This document shows positions 29,806 to 40,456 of a DNA stretch of 64,000 bases, one piece after another. Under the pieces are notes generated by a model that was not told the DNA's origin, did not search any database, and saw only the letters and a list, made by a program, of their open reading frames with translations. This stretch comes from Candidatus Latescibacterota bacterium. Its GTDB lineage: Bacteria > Latescibacterota > CBDEFO01. Position 1 is the first letter of the stretch; each line of letters begins with the position of its first letter. Location of the stretch: the NCBI GenBank assembly GCA_965237525.1, contig CBDEFO010000008.1, forward strand, positions 1,088,001 through 1,152,000, given 5' to 3'. The position numbers and the translations under genes were made by a program.

Positions 29806-31437
29806 TTATCTTACGTGTCGTGCAGCCTCAGCTTTTTCTCTGTTTTGGACTATAACCAGGGCCTCTTTGAAAAGGTTCAACGCGGCCAGCACCTCTGAAT
29901 CACCTTCTAAATAGACTCTGCCGCTTTCTGTACGACCCCAGGCGATCCTGGCGATCTCAGCTTTTATGCTCCTTTCTATAAAGTTCCTGTCGTTTTCAAA
30001 GTTCTTAGTGTCCTTCTCATCGAACTTAAGTCCGTTAGCTATCAAGAATGCCTTGAACTGGGAAAGCAGCTCATCCTCTGGTACATAAGAGTCTTCCAGA
30101 AATTGCTCAAAGTCACCGGTTCTTATGTCTTTGTTTTCTCTGAGGTATCTGTTAGAAAATTCAAATATATATTTAGGATCACGAAGTTTATATCCAAAGG
30201 TTGTCGGAGTATTTGGCTGGAGTATTATATCCGGTGTGATGCCTCCTCCTCCATAGACTTTGCGGCCGCTTGGTGTGTAATAGACATCTTTATTTGAGAG
30301 GTTTAAACTGTCGGCATCCGCGTTTGTATCTATCCCTTCGTGAATGTACTCCTGTCTGTCTTTGCCCTTGTATGGCCTTTGAATCAGGCGTCCCAGTGGG
30401 GTGTAGTATTTTGCCACTGTAAGCAGCAGAGTGCCTCCTCCATCTTTTTCAAGGGGGAATTGATGCTGGACAAGCCCCTTGCCAAAGCTTGACTGCCCTA
30501 CCACCAGTCCTCTGTCTTGGTCCTGAATCGCGCCGGAGACTATCTCAGACGCACTGGCACTGCTGTGGTTGATCATAACTATAAGTGGAGGTCTCCAATC
30601 ATCTTGGCCCTTGTGGGCATCGTACTCGCGATTGTTGGCCTGGTATTTTCCCTTAGTATATACGATCTTGCCGTCCCAGAGGAACTTGTCAGCCACCTGC
30701 ACAGCCTGATCAAGAGGACCTCCGCCGTTCCATCTCAGATCGAGTATGAGCCGCTCCATACTCTTCCGTCTAAGATCTTCTATGGCCTCATCTAATTCAA
30801 CAGTTGTAGTGTTCGAAAAGTTGCTCAGCCTTATGTAGCCTGTCCCTGGACGAATCATAAAATAGTAAGATATGCTCTTGAGCGGTATTTCATTCCTTAT
30901 GATGGTGAAGTCCAAAAGATCGTCTTTGCCCTCACGCTTGACAGAGACGTTTACAGGGGTTCCTCGGGATCCTTTGAGTCTTTTTTGAACCTCATCACTG
31001 GTTATCCCGAGGGCCGATTCTCCGTCTATCTTTACGATCTTGTCCCAGGGTTTGAGTCCGACCTTATAAGCCGGGGTTCCCTCAATAGGGAACATGACCG
31101 TTAAGGAGTCGTGCATTATATAGTAGCTTATACCTATCCCGTAGAAGTGGCCCTGAAATCTTTCGTTCATCCTCTTGGTCTCTTCCGGAGCAATATAATT
31201 GGAGTGGGGATCGAGGCCTTCCAAGAGGCTTCTTATCATACCCTCCGTCAGATCAACTACATCTACCTCCTCGACGTAGTGGTCTCGGACCTTGACCATA
31301 ATTTCGTTCAAAAGCGCAAGTCTCTGAGCAATATTGGCACTTCTGGATGCCTGAGCCCTCTCTATAGCTATCCATAAAGCTGGCACTGAAATTGCAAAAG
31401 ACAAAACTATAGCGGTCAGTAGGAGTCTCTTTTTCAT
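29806..31437 (-). CDS. S41 C-terminal processing peptidase (PDZ)
   Basis: LDPHS, DLRWNGGG, SASASEIVSGAIQD, SFGKGLVQ, GGGITPD; N-terminal signal/anchor. Confidence 0.93.
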   Translation of the reverse strand: MKKRLLLTAIVLSFAISVPALWIAIERAQASRSANIAQRLALLNEIMVKVRDHYVEEVDVVDLTEGMIRSLLEGLDPHSNYIAPEETKRMNERFQGHFYGIGISYYIMHDSLTVMFPIEGTPAYKVGLKPWDKIVKIDGESALGITSDEVQKRLKGSRGTPVNVSVKREGKDDLLDFTIIRNEIPLKSISYYFMIRPGTGYIRLSNFSNTTTVELDEAIEDLRRKSMERLILDLRWNGGGPLDQAVQVADKFLWDGKIVYTKGKYQANNREYDAHKGQDDWRPPLIVMINHSSASASEIVSGAIQDQDRGLVVGQSSFGKGLVQHQFPLEKDGGGTLLLTVAKYYTPLGRLIQRPYKGKDRQEYIHEGIDTNADADSLNLSNKDVYYTPSGRKVYGGGGITPDIILQPNTPTTFGYKLRDPKYIFEFSNRYLRENKDIRTGDFEQFLEDSYVPEDELLSQFKAFLIANGLKFDEKDTKNFENDRNFIERSIKAEIARIAWGRTESGRVYLEGDSEVLAALNLFKEALVIVQNREKAEAARHVR

Positions 31438-31602
31438 CGAAGTTCACTCCAAAAATAATGAACCCTTTCCGGGTAATTGCAATCACAAGCCATTTAAATG
31501 AATCCCGTCGTCAAAGGGTAGGTAGAAGGATGCCTTTGGTATTTTCTATATACATAATACTAAGAAAATTAGAGAAGATCAAGGGGAAAGTTGTTGGACA
31601 TC

Positions 31603-31646
31603 TTTCAAAGTCTTAAAGATTAAGTTTCAAAGTCTTAAAGATTAAG
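31603..31646. repeat. Perfect 22-bp tandem duplication
   Basis: TTTCAAAGTCTTAAAGATTAAG x2. Confidence 0.9.
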
Positions 31647-31740
31647 CATGTAGATTGCATAGAATCTCGATTTCCCACAGGGTTAAACAGAAGGCATATG
31701 GTGCAGAGTAGTACAACCACTGCGCGAGGTTATATCTCTA

Positions 31741-33219
31741 TTATCTCGCCCTTCTCCTTCTTTTCCTTTCCTGCTCCAATCGGGATCTGTCCTCATCTTT
31801 CAGGAAGAAGGGGACCTTGGAAAGTTTAAAGAGTTTGGATACCTCATTCTGATATGTCTTAAAGGGATCTTTCATATCCAAATATTTGTCACCCTCAAGG
31901 TATATAGAATCCCAATCTATAGCGTATCGGCGGCGGATTCTTTTCTCAGAAAGCTTCCTTACAGCCTGCGCTCTGCCCCTTGCTCTGGTGTTCTGTGGAG
32001 GGTCGTAGATCGCCTTTTCTATCTGTTCGTCCGTAGTTACGCGGCGCATTCCTCCACCTCGTTCGAGTCCGTAGTAGAGGCCATTTTCCGGATCTATATT
32101 GTGATATTCAAGGTCCAGACTCACGATCCAGGGATCATCCCAGGATACACCTTCTTCTTCTACAAAGGTCTCCAGGAGGGATCTTTTCGCCACCCAGTCG
32201 ACTCTATCTATCAGTTCCATAGGGTCTCTTTCCAGACTGTCTAACACTGACTCCCACTCTCTGATCACCCAATCAAGTTCTTGATCCCTGCCTTTGAGGT
32301 ATTTCTGTGCAAGAGACAGGTATATCCTTTGAATATCTACGGCCGATATAGTTCTTCCGGCACCAAGGCGCACCAGCCATATGAAATGCTGATCTCGGGA
32401 TATGTCCTTTAAGGCCTGCACGGGATCCATAAGGCTTATGTCCTCGGTTATGTGTCCGCCCTCCACCAGGCTTAGCATCACCGCGGTTGTACCTATCTTC
32501 AAAGCTATCGCGTACTCGGACATGTTGGAATCGCCGACCAAAAGATGTAGCCTTCTGTATTTGGTGTAGTCGGCAAGCGGTTCGTCTCTGCTGTTGACTA
32601 TAGAGCGGCTGAACTGTATCCACTGATAGATCTCAGTAACTATGTAATCGGCTCTTTGAGATATTTGATATTCTATCCCTTTTCCGTCTTCAATCCCATA
32701 GTCGAACATCTCGTTGTGGTTTCCGACTCTTCCGGCTCCCGTAAATATCTGTCTGGTTACGAAAAATGGGAGGAGTTTGGGGATCACAACTTTGGAAAAG
32801 GGGATATCTCTTCTCAGAAGGTAGTTTTCGTGACAGCCGAACGTGGCACCTGTGAAGTGGTCCACATTATTCTTGATGAAGGAAGCCTGTCCCTTCAGGC
32901 CTAAATCTGCCAGTGCCCTTTGTAATATTCTCTCTCCTGCTTTATCCGATGTCACAGTATCGAAAAGGCCTGTGCATTCTGGCGTGGCATATTCTATGTG
33001 TCCCATATCTATGTAGACTCTGCCTGAGTTGAAGAGGAATCCGCCGTTTCCGGGTGGCTCATCCCATCCCCTGTGGTGTATGTCCATAACCCCGAGGTTA
33101 TTTTTGTAGAAGATATGATCTTTAACTTTGACAGAGATGTATTCGGGCGCGCCGAAGGACATATCGTCCGGGGCTAAACATCCATATTCAGTCTCAAGTC
33201 CGTATATTCTTTTGATCAT
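31741..33219 (-). CDS. pafA: Pup/UBact--protein ligase (PafA family)
   Basis: RIYGLETEYG, GRVYIDMGHIEYATPEC, GCHENY, RDEPLAD, RRLHLLVGDSNMSE, DLEYH. Confidence 0.9.
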   Translation of the reverse strand: MIKRIYGLETEYGCLAPDDMSFGAPEYISVKVKDHIFYKNNLGVMDIHHRGWDEPPGNGGFLFNSGRVYIDMGHIEYATPECTGLFDTVTSDKAGERILQRALADLGLKGQASFIKNNVDHFTGATFGCHENYLLRRDIPFSKVVIPKLLPFFVTRQIFTGAGRVGNHNEMFDYGIEDGKGIEYQISQRADYIVTEIYQWIQFSRSIVNSRDEPLADYTKYRRLHLLVGDSNMSEYAIALKIGTTAVMLSLVEGGHITEDISLMDPVQALKDISRDQHFIWLVRLGAGRTISAVDIQRIYLSLAQKYLKGRDQELDWVIREWESVLDSLERDPMELIDRVDWVAKRSLLETFVEEEGVSWDDPWIVSLDLEYHNIDPENGLYYGLERGGGMRRVTTDEQIEKAIYDPPQNTRARGRAQAVRKLSEKRIRRRYAIDWDSIYLEGDKYLDMKDPFKTYQNEVSKLFKLSKVPFFLKDEDRSRLEQERKRRRRAR

Positions 33220-33307
33220 TGATTTAAAATGGAATTAGAGAGTAATTGCGTAGACAACTTAGATAATTAGCCGGTAGTCAGCATACAGGAAGCCACTTTG
33301 CCCCTGT

Positions 33308-34111
33308 CTACTCTCTACTGTTAGCTGTCTGATTACTTCGGGCGTATTTGGACTCTAACGGTTCAACTTCCTCTTTTGACAAGAACCTAAATTTGCTCTC
33401 TCTCGGCGTTGATCTTTCCAGCACAGCTGCTTCCAAAGAGCCGTTTTGGAATTCCTTTCTGAGGAATTCTTCGATGTCCACATCTTTCGAATCGCTTGAA
33501 TCTTCTGCTGACTCATCTGTGGATAGGCTTTTTATCCTCCCGAGGGCCCATGCCTTCAACGCCCCATCCAACGCATCGCCCAAGCTCAGCTTATCCGTGC
33601 TGATATCAGAGAGGAATCTGCTCATATCGCTTTCGGCACCCTCTGTGCCTGCCAGGGCCTTAAAGCCACCTCCGCTTTGGAAAGAACCGTCGTAGTTTAT
33701 CGAGTAAAACTGAACATTTTTGTCTATCGATTCAAGTTCCGCTATGAATATCTTGGCTATATAAGGGGACCTGAATATCTCATCGAAAGCCTGCTTAATT
33801 ATGGGGGCTATTATGAAGTTTACGAGCCTGTGCGAAGATACATCATCGGCTGACCTGGTGAATCCTTCAACGTGAGCCTGGTCTATAGCCACGATCCTGA
33901 GCCTCTCAATATCAGCAGGATGCCCGAGAGCCGAAAAGGCTATCGTATCGTGTATCTCAAAGAGTTTTCTCTGCCCTGTCGTTACTGTCAACAATAAAGC
34001 CCCGTCGTCATAAGATAGACCAACGACGGGGTTGCCAAGTCTCAACTGATCTTCTATATATTCTCTGTGATTTGAGATTGCCTCGACCCATCTGTAGGGC
34101 TCATCGAACAT
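33308..34111 (-). CDS. prcA: 20S proteasome alpha subunit
   Basis: MFDEPYRWVEA, RKLFEIHD, LEAAVLER; start moved to ATG 34111 because the longer ORF begins in a repeat. Confidence 0.85.
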   Translation of the reverse strand: MFDEPYRWVEAISNHREYIEDQLRLGNPVVGLSYDDGALLLTVTTGQRKLFEIHDTIAFSALGHPADIERLRIVAIDQAHVEGFTRSADDVSSHRLVNFIIAPIIKQAFDEIFRSPYIAKIFIAELESIDKNVQFYSINYDGSFQSGGGFKALAGTEGAESDMSRFLSDISTDKLSLGDALDGALKAWALGRIKSLSTDESAEDSSDSKDVDIEEFLRKEFQNGSLEAAVLERSTPRESKFRFLSKEEVEPLESKYARSNQTANSRE

Positions 34112-34131
34112 CCATCGTCTCCCAAAAGAAA

Positions 34132-34190
34132 GTAGACAGTAGTCAGGGCACCTCACCCTCCCTGTATGCTGTCTACTGTTTGCTATCTAC
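34132..34190. repeat. GTAGACAG-family repeat between prcB and prcA
   Basis: GTAGACAGTAGTCAGGG...CCCTGTATGCTGTCTACTGTTTGCTATCTAC. Confidence 0.7.
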
Positions 34191-34278
34191 TTGTCTTGTA
34201 TCTCCACATTCTGACTATGTACCCTTTCCAGTTCACCGGTGGAAATGTCCCCTATGCCGTCTTTGGTTATAGACTTAA

Positions 34279-35797
34279 AAGCCTTGTGAAATAGTTATGT
34301 CCCAGGCAGCGTCTGAAGCGCCGATTATGGGTCAAAGAGTAGCATATCGTATCGTTTTGCTGTGGAATAAGCAAAATAGTCTTATCAGAGTTCTGGTCAG
34401 CAAGGAACAGGAGCTGTTTGAAGAACAGGATGCACTGTCTTTGACAGACAGGGCACACATAGACGCTTTCCCCCTTCTTATGAAAGATACAAGCCTCTTG
34501 AGATTCTGTACTGTTGCAACAAGATTCAACTGTTCATTCAGTGAGGCTGGTCCTCTGTAACGGGCTCGTCCCATACCGTGTTGTTGCCTGGCTTCAGCAA
34601 AGATATGTTCACTGCGTTTACGGAGTCTCCGGGAGAGTTTGTAGTCAGCTGTTAATGAGATAGACCGTGCATGATTTCTGGCTTTCGCCTCTCGCACTTT
34701 TCTATCCCGTTCGGCCTGAATATGTGCTGAATTTGTCTTGTTTTTCCATGTAGGAATCGGTTCAATCTTCTCATCGGCTCGCAGAGGAATATGGGGTATG
34801 ATTCCCCGGTCAAGTACATCAGCGATAAAATTACCAGAACCGTAACCGGTATCGGCACTAAGTGTCTGAATGTCTTTGGGCATGGTGTATGTTTCAAGGT
34901 CATCTACCATCTTAAGGGCACTTTCGGGCTCTGCTGTCCCTGTCGCCTGCGTGCCCTGAGTCTCAAGGATTACTCTGCTTTTTGTGTCGATCAGATCATG
35001 GCCCATAAACGAGAGAAAAGCCCCTTTGCCCTTCGATTTGCTGTATAAGCGCGCGTCGGGGTCTGTAGTCGAACGGTGTGTTTGGTTCGTCCACTTTTCA
35101 CCATGAAAGTCTTTATCCTGAGGATGCCCGGACCTACCCTTTGTCTTATCACCTTCAAAACCGATTCCCTTGAGATAATCATCAAGAGAAACAGGGGGTT
35201 CTATCGGCTCAATACTTTTCACTGAAGCATCAGCTTGTATCTGAGTGCCGTCGACACTAAGGTGTTTACCGCTCACAAGACCGACATCTATGCAACACTG
35301 GACTACCTGACGCATTATCCGTTCAAACAACCCACTGGATGCCCACTTGTGATTGCGAAGCTTGTTGATCGTGCTCCTATCCGGAACCGCATCATCAAAT
35401 GTCTGATGACAAAACAACCGATATGCCGCATGCATCCCCACTTCCTGACAGAGCCGATTCTCACTCAAATTATACAGATAGCCAATAAGGATCATTCGAA
35501 CAACTAATTCAGGATCAATACCGGGTCTGCCATTGTCAGGGCAATAACAATCTGATACAACGTCTCGTACAAATGAAAAATCAACTGCCTCATCAATCTG
35601 ACGAAGGATATGATCCTCGGGAACTAAATCCTCCATCTGAAAATAGTGAAACATCGGATTTGTCTGTTCCTGCTTTTGTGGGGTCATTGTTTCCTCCATG
35701 TATAATATTATCAATAACATAATATAATACATCGGAACTGCTTTATCAATGCTTGTTCTATACTATTTTCTGAATCTAAGGGTTTTTCACAAGGCTT
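34279..35797 (-). mobile_element. IS1182-family insertion sequence, copy A (1519 bp)
   Basis: Ends AAGCCTTGTGAAA / TTTCACAAGGCTT; TTAA duplication at 34275-34278 and 35798-35801. Confidence 0.92.
34332..35687 (-). CDS. IS1182-family transposase (intact)
   Basis: LVPEDHILRQID, GRPGIDP, VDGTQIQADAS, TDPDARL, ADTGY, RKRSEHIFAE; ATG after GGAGG. Confidence 0.92.
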   Translation of the reverse strand: MTPQKQEQTNPMFHYFQMEDLVPEDHILRQIDEAVDFSFVRDVVSDCYCPDNGRPGIDPELVVRMILIGYLYNLSENRLCQEVGMHAAYRLFCHQTFDDAVPDRSTINKLRNHKWASSGLFERIMRQVVQCCIDVGLVSGKHLSVDGTQIQADASVKSIEPIEPPVSLDDYLKGIGFEGDKTKGRSGHPQDKDFHGEKWTNQTHRSTTDPDARLYSKSKGKGAFLSFMGHDLIDTKSRVILETQGTQATGTAEPESALKMVDDLETYTMPKDIQTLSADTGYGSGNFIADVLDRGIIPHIPLRADEKIEPIPTWKNKTNSAHIQAERDRKVREAKARNHARSISLTADYKLSRRLRKRSEHIFAEARQQHGMGRARYRGPASLNEQLNLVATVQNLKRLVSFIRRGKASMCALSVKDSASCSSNSSCSLLTRTLIRLFCLFHSKTIRYATL

Positions 35798-36534
35798 TTA
35801 ACAAGAGGAAATATTTTGGATCTGCTGTTATATCCGCTCGTGGCTGTGTCGTATTCGGAGACGGAATCTAGCATCCTCAAAACTAAGGTTATAGATTCCT
35901 CCCTGCTCATATCAACAAAGCACTTTTCGCCCCATCTATTAAGATAATACAGGGCCCCTCTGATCCCCAGGGAGCCTGAACCAGACGTGGCAAAATCAGC
36001 GCACTCGAACTGCGCCCCAAGACCGTCATAGAAGTATATCCTACCTTCGCCATCTTTCCCTTGATAGGTATCGAACGCCGCAAATATCGGTATGACTGCC
36101 CCGATGCCCTGGAGAGCTATGGGGAGGTTATCCCTTATCAGCCTTGACAGGGTTCTGAGTTTACCTTCTAAACTCATTTCCTGAAGTTGACTCCTCCTGT
36201 AGTACTTAAACGAGTGTTCCAGGGTCCTTGCTATCTCAAAAGCCATCGCCGGAGAGCCGGAGATCGCCATCACGGAGTACTCATCTATGTTTATCACCTT
36301 ATCCGCCCGGTCGTACACCACTGACGTGCCAGCTGTGGCTCTGCGATCTCCCGCTATGACGACTCCATCTTTGTATCTGACAGCCAAGATCGTGGTCCCT
36401 TCTGTCGAAAAGGGAAGAGAACCTTCTGATAACCCATCCTCTCTTGACGGAAGGCGCAGAGTCCTTTCCTTGCTCCCCGATTTGTTTCCTTGATCTTCTA
36501 TCAGGCTTAAAAAGTCGCCCTTATAATCCATTTA

Positions 36535-36735
36535 CTACTCGCCCGTTCTCTGTCTGTATCTCTTCGACTGATTAGGATCGACCCTTCTCATCCTCTTGAG
36601 TAGCTCTCTGGTATCCGGTCTGTCCACTTCCGGTCTCGATGGGCCTTCATCCTGGCCCTCTTTCTTATCCCAGGGATCGACGGGTCTGGGTATTCTGTCC
36701 CTGAGTTCTGTGCTTTTATAGATAAATCTACTCAT
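36535..36735 (-). CDS. ubact: Ubiquitin-like protein UBact
   Basis: 66 aa, acidic/Pro-rich, LLKRMRRVDPNQSKRYRQRTGE C-terminus (R[T/S]G[E/Q]); between dop and prcB; AAGGAGG RBS. Confidence 0.92.
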   Translation of the reverse strand: MSRFIYKSTELRDRIPRPVDPWDKKEGQDEGPSRPEVDRPDTRELLKRMRRVDPNQSKRYRQRTGE

Positions 36736-38254
36736 TTTTTAGCCTCCTTATAGCGTGCAAAAGCTCCGCTGACGTCGTTGAGTCGTCCACAGCCCTATTG
36801 TAAGCCTTGACCGAGCAACTGTCAATCAGATCGTTCATACTTACTGAGATTTCCATTCCGTCATTGCTGAATAGTACGCTGTTCCACTGTATGGACTTGA
36901 TGTCATCTCTGAACTTGCCCAGTGACTTGCCTCTGAAATACGCTCTGGTATTTGAAGGAGGGGAATGAACGGAATTTTCGACATCTTCATCCCACACGAG
37001 CTTCTTGATGATCCCCTCTCTTAGGAGCTCGTAGTACAGCCCCCTCTGTCTGTCTATGTTGTGGTATTCAAGGTCCAAGCTTTGAACCCACGGATCTTCC
37101 CACGACAGACCCTCTTCTTGTATAAAGGTCTGAAGGAGCCACTTCTTGGCGGGCCAATCGAGTCTGTCTTTTAGGTTCATAGGATCGCTCTCGAGTGTAT
37201 TCAAGGCGAATTCCCACTCTCTTAGGACCCAATCGTATTCAGGGTCTCTTCCCTTTAGGTGTCTTTCGGCAAGGCTCAGGTACTCTCTTTGGACGTCCAC
37301 TGCCGATATAGTCTTCTTATCTTCTAATTCCACGATCCACTTTAAGCTTTGATCTTTGGATATATCCTTAATAGCTTTGGTAGGTCTTCTCAAAGATGGA
37401 GGGTTTTGCATAAGTTCCTCTTCTATAAGGTCCAGGACCAAAACAGTTGTCCCAATCTTGAGGGCCGTCGAATACTCTGACATATTGGCGTCGCCTACAA
37501 TTCCGTGGAGTCTCCTGAACCTCGTCGGGTCGGCATGTGGCTCATCTCTGGTATTTATGATCGGCCTTTTGTACATAGTGTCCACGCTGGTCTCTACCAT
37601 GAAAAAGTCCGATCTTTGAGCTATCTGGAAAGGACCGGGTTCAGATTTGCACTCCGATTCTGTTCCCACCTTTCCTGCTCCTGCGAAGATCTGGCGGGTT
37701 ACGAAAAATGGTATCAGGCGTTCCTTTAAATAATCGAACGGAACTTTACGAAGCATGAAGTAGTTGTCGTGGCATCCGTAGCTGTGGCCGTGGAAATCCG
37801 TATTGTTTTTGTAGAGGCTTACCCTTTTGCCGTCCAGATTTTCGCTTCTCCTTTTTGTGCACGCCTCAAGGATCCTCTCACCCGCCTTATCGTGGGCTAC
37901 AAGTTCAAATAGCCCTGTGCATTCGGGCGTGGAGTACTCAGGGTGGGCGTGATCGTTGTAGAGCCTTGCCCCGTTTATCAGTATAAGATCACTTTTTATC
38001 TCCTTAAAAGAAAGATTCCTTTTTGAATCTCTCCTTTGGTGCTTCTTCTCGTCTGGGTCCTCCAGAAGTTGTTTGGCTCTAAAGCCCCTAACGTCTCTTA
38101 GAGGGTCCTCCATACTGTAATCCCATCTTACATCTGCTACGTCGTTTTGTCTGTAGCTTTTTACAATCTCTATGGATTCTTTTACAGGGTCTATTTCATC
38201 AACTCCGTCGATGCTGACCCCGTACTCGGTCTCTATTCCGAACATTCTGAACAT
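36728..38254 (-). CDS. dop: Depupylase/deamidase Dop (PafA2 family)
   Basis: FGIETEYG, NGARLYNDHAHPEYSTPEC, NTRDEPHAD, RRLHGIVGDANMSE, TRAYFRG. Confidence 0.92.
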   Translation of the reverse strand: MFRMFGIETEYGVSIDGVDEIDPVKESIEIVKSYRQNDVADVRWDYSMEDPLRDVRGFRAKQLLEDPDEKKHQRRDSKRNLSFKEIKSDLILINGARLYNDHAHPEYSTPECTGLFELVAHDKAGERILEACTKRRSENLDGKRVSLYKNNTDFHGHSYGCHDNYFMLRKVPFDYLKERLIPFFVTRQIFAGAGKVGTESECKSEPGPFQIAQRSDFFMVETSVDTMYKRPIINTRDEPHADPTRFRRLHGIVGDANMSEYSTALKIGTTVLVLDLIEEELMQNPPSLRRPTKAIKDISKDQSLKWIVELEDKKTISAVDVQREYLSLAERHLKGRDPEYDWVLREWEFALNTLESDPMNLKDRLDWPAKKWLLQTFIQEEGLSWEDPWVQSLDLEYHNIDRQRGLYYELLREGIIKKLVWDEDVENSVHSPPSNTRAYFRGKSLGKFRDDIKSIQWNSVLFSNDGMEISVSMNDLIDSCSVKAYNRAVDDSTTSAELLHAIRRLKNE

Positions 38255-38270
38255 TTAATCACCACAGCGA

Positions 38271-38431
38271 CGTCATTGCCAGGCGGCGTGGCCGCTTTGA
38301 TCGAGAGACAGCAAGCCCCCGCCCCCCGATAGAGTCAATCGGGGGGCGGGGGCTTGCCACCATGTGGGCGCAGCAATCTTATATCTTCTCATAAGATTAA
38401 GTTGCTTCCGGGCTTCAGCTCTGGCAATGAC
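38271..38431. repeat. CGTC-type REP doublet enclosing a 47-bp palindrome (38311-38357)
   Basis: CGTCATTGCCAG...CTGGCAATGAC; inner GCAAGCCCCCGCCCCCCGAT-AGAGTCA-ATCGGGGGGCGGGGGCTTGC. Confidence 0.82.
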
Positions 38432-39154
38432 TCAAGGCCTATGCGCAGCAACCTCACTTAGTAGATCTCTTTCTGTATGCTCTTTACCCTCTTTATATGA
38501 TTCTATATGATTCTGCCTGCAATTTTCTTTCTGTCTGTGCCACGATCCTTTACAGGCACCACTTTGACGACGTTCTCTGGGTCGTAGTCCAGCAACTTCA
38601 TCCAATCCTCTGTATTATCCGTCGGCGGGAAGATGTCGTTTTCTTTATATTCGCTTTCAACTGCCGTCAAGATGCCCTCTTCCGATATGCCTTCGTCCTT
38701 TTGGTTGGCGATGGATCTTTTTATGGCGGACTCTTTTGCTCTTTGCACGATGGAAGCTATTATTGCTCCACTTGCGAGATCCCCTCTGTGTAGGATATCT
38801 CTCCTGCCGCTCCTCAGGGATACCTCAAGGAGTTTGGTATCGTCTCTTTTTGCAAAGAGTTCCACCATCGCTGCATCTATCAGATAGCTTTGGGAGGCGC
38901 TCGCATCGCCATTGGATCTTTCCAAAAGTTCGGGATCTATCGGAAGACCGGGTGTAAGATAGATTTGGAATATCTCCCTTGACGCCTCTTGGTTGGGTCT
39001 TTTGACCTTAATCTTCCTGTCTATCCTGCCGGGTCTTAATATGGCCGGGTCGATCAGATCTGGCCTGTTGGTGGCAAGAATTAGCACCATGTCGGCAAGT
39101 GACTCTATTCCGTCCATCTCCGCACAGAACATTGGCACTACCGTATTGGCTATA

Positions 39155-40456
39155 GGTTATTTATCAAATGAAATCGGTGCACTTCTCTTTCGATCTTTGA
39201 TTGATCTTGAATGATAGGTTTTCGACAATCTTTGGTTTCTGTTCTTTTTCAAAATGGATGTATAATTGTTCTTCTTTTAGGTTCCATTCAGCCAGGACAA
39301 AGTAGTTGGTGTAAGAGGAGGGAAGAGATACTTTCTCATTTAGGACATCGATAAAGGCTTTATCTGTCTGTTCTGTGTCCTGTTTGACTTGTCTGATAAA
39401 ATAGGTCTTGGGAATGAAATCTTTCTCGTTTGACTTCTCTTGCTTAGGTGGACGGTAGCCGGTGTATCTCTGTGATGAAAGATTAAACCATTCTAACTTC
39501 TGATCAACTTCTTGTAAGCTTTTGAACTGAATTCTGTTCCAGAACTTCCTTGAAAATACAGAATTGTTGCCTTCTATAGATGCTTGAGAAAAGGGCCTTC
39601 TGGGAACGGCAAATATCGGAATCACTTGATTTTTCAAGAGAAACTGCATTGCTTTGCTGACATTCCTTTTACCTGAAACACTGCCAATAGTCGCCGAGCA
39701 ATTGTCCACCTTAACGAAATCTGGTTTTTCAAACCTGTCAAAGAAAGACTGACACTTCTCGATAAAGTTAGTTGCTGTTTGACCGTCAACCCGCCGAAAA
39801 TACCTTAACTTAGGCTCTTTCTTAAAGGAAAATCCAACGAAGTTGACCGGCTCAGTTCTGCCGGTAAGATACTTTTTACCAATAAAGTCTGATTCTAGGA
39901 CTCTGCCTCCTGAAAGATAGTAAATGGTATACTCTGGATAACAAAGATAACGAGATGCACCCTTGTTTTTACCTTTCTTCCTTCTCTGGGAAAGTCCTAA
40001 ATCTGAAAGCATTCTGCCGATAGTCGGCAACGACGGAGGAGGGGTGCTAGAATATCGATTCCTCCATTCTTGTTCAATAACAGTGGCTCCTGAATAGAAC
40101 TGATAAGGATCGTCCTCTAAGCTATGGTAAATCTCTTTGATTCTCTGTTCGTCAACTTTAGCCAATTTTCGCCTTTTTCCTTTTGGCCAACCCCGATTAT
40201 CTATGGCAAAATCCTGATCCAGAGATTTAGTCCAAGCCGTAACGAAATCATTGGAAACTCTCGCTTGTTTGATAACTTCTCGCTTTGACATTTCTTTCTT
40301 AAAATACATCTCGTTGACTTCTTGTCTTAATACGGCCAATCTCTCTTTGTCCATAGGACTCCGTAGATTAAAGTTAAGACAATCAACTCAACTTAATCTA
40401 CTAATACTCTAAACAAAGATCAAATTAGGTGCACCGATTTCATTTGATATTCAACC
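39155..40456 (-). mobile_element. Insertion sequence (1302 bp), DDE/rve type, family uncertain
   Basis: 28-bp imperfect TIRs GGTTATTTATCAAATGAAATCGGTGCAC vs GGTTGAATATCAAATGAAATCGGTGCAC; GCTATA duplication at 39149-39154 and 40457-40462. Confidence 0.92.
39164..40354 (-). CDS. Putative DDE transposase (integrase core, IS481-like architecture)
   Basis: N-terminal HTH-like region, PPSLPTIGRML, candidate triad LESDFIG / KVDNCS / SIEGNNS; fills the TIR-bounded element. Confidence 0.8.
   Translation of the reverse strand: MDKERLAVLRQEVNEMYFKKEMSKREVIKQARVSNDFVTAWTKSLDQDFAIDNRGWPKGKRRKLAKVDEQRIKEIYHSLEDDPYQFYSGATVIEQEWRNRYSSTPPPSLPTIGRMLSDLGLSQRRKKGKNKGASRYLCYPEYTIYYLSGGRVLESDFIGKKYLTGRTEPVNFVGFSFKKEPKLRYFRRVDGQTATNFIEKCQSFFDRFEKPDFVKVDNCSATIGSVSGKRNVSKAMQFLLKNQVIPIFAVPRRPFSQASIEGNNSVFSRKFWNRIQFKSLQEVDQKLEWFNLSSQRYTGYRPPKQEKSNEKDFIPKTYFIRQVKQDTEQTDKAFIDVLNEKVSLPSSYTNYFVLAEWNLKEEQLYIHFEKEQKPKIVENLSFKINQRSKEKCTDFI

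Larger units (their letters stand above)
34187..36531 (-). pseudogene. prcB: 20S proteasome beta subunit interrupted near its 3' end by IS1182
   Basis: Propeptide then G|TTILAV (Thr1), AGDRRAT, SGSGS. Removing the IS and one TTAA gives ...IFPLVKSITKDGIGDISTGELERVHSQNVEIQDK* (stop 34187-34189); the current product ends LVKNP. Confidence 0.88.

Noticed and set aside
34112..34156. N-terminal extension of prcA in the ORF track (likewise 3713-3826, 15458-15589, 35688-35732)
   Set aside because: Extensions run through repeat or leader DNA; family-like starts lie downstream, mostly with a better RBS.
36535..36735. Canonical actinobacterial Pup
   Set aside because: Ends RTGE rather than GG[E/Q] and matches the UBact pattern.
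39155..40456. Intein or self-splicing intron in arc
   Set aside because: The insert puts a stop in the arc frame and has TIRs plus a TSD, so it is an IS.
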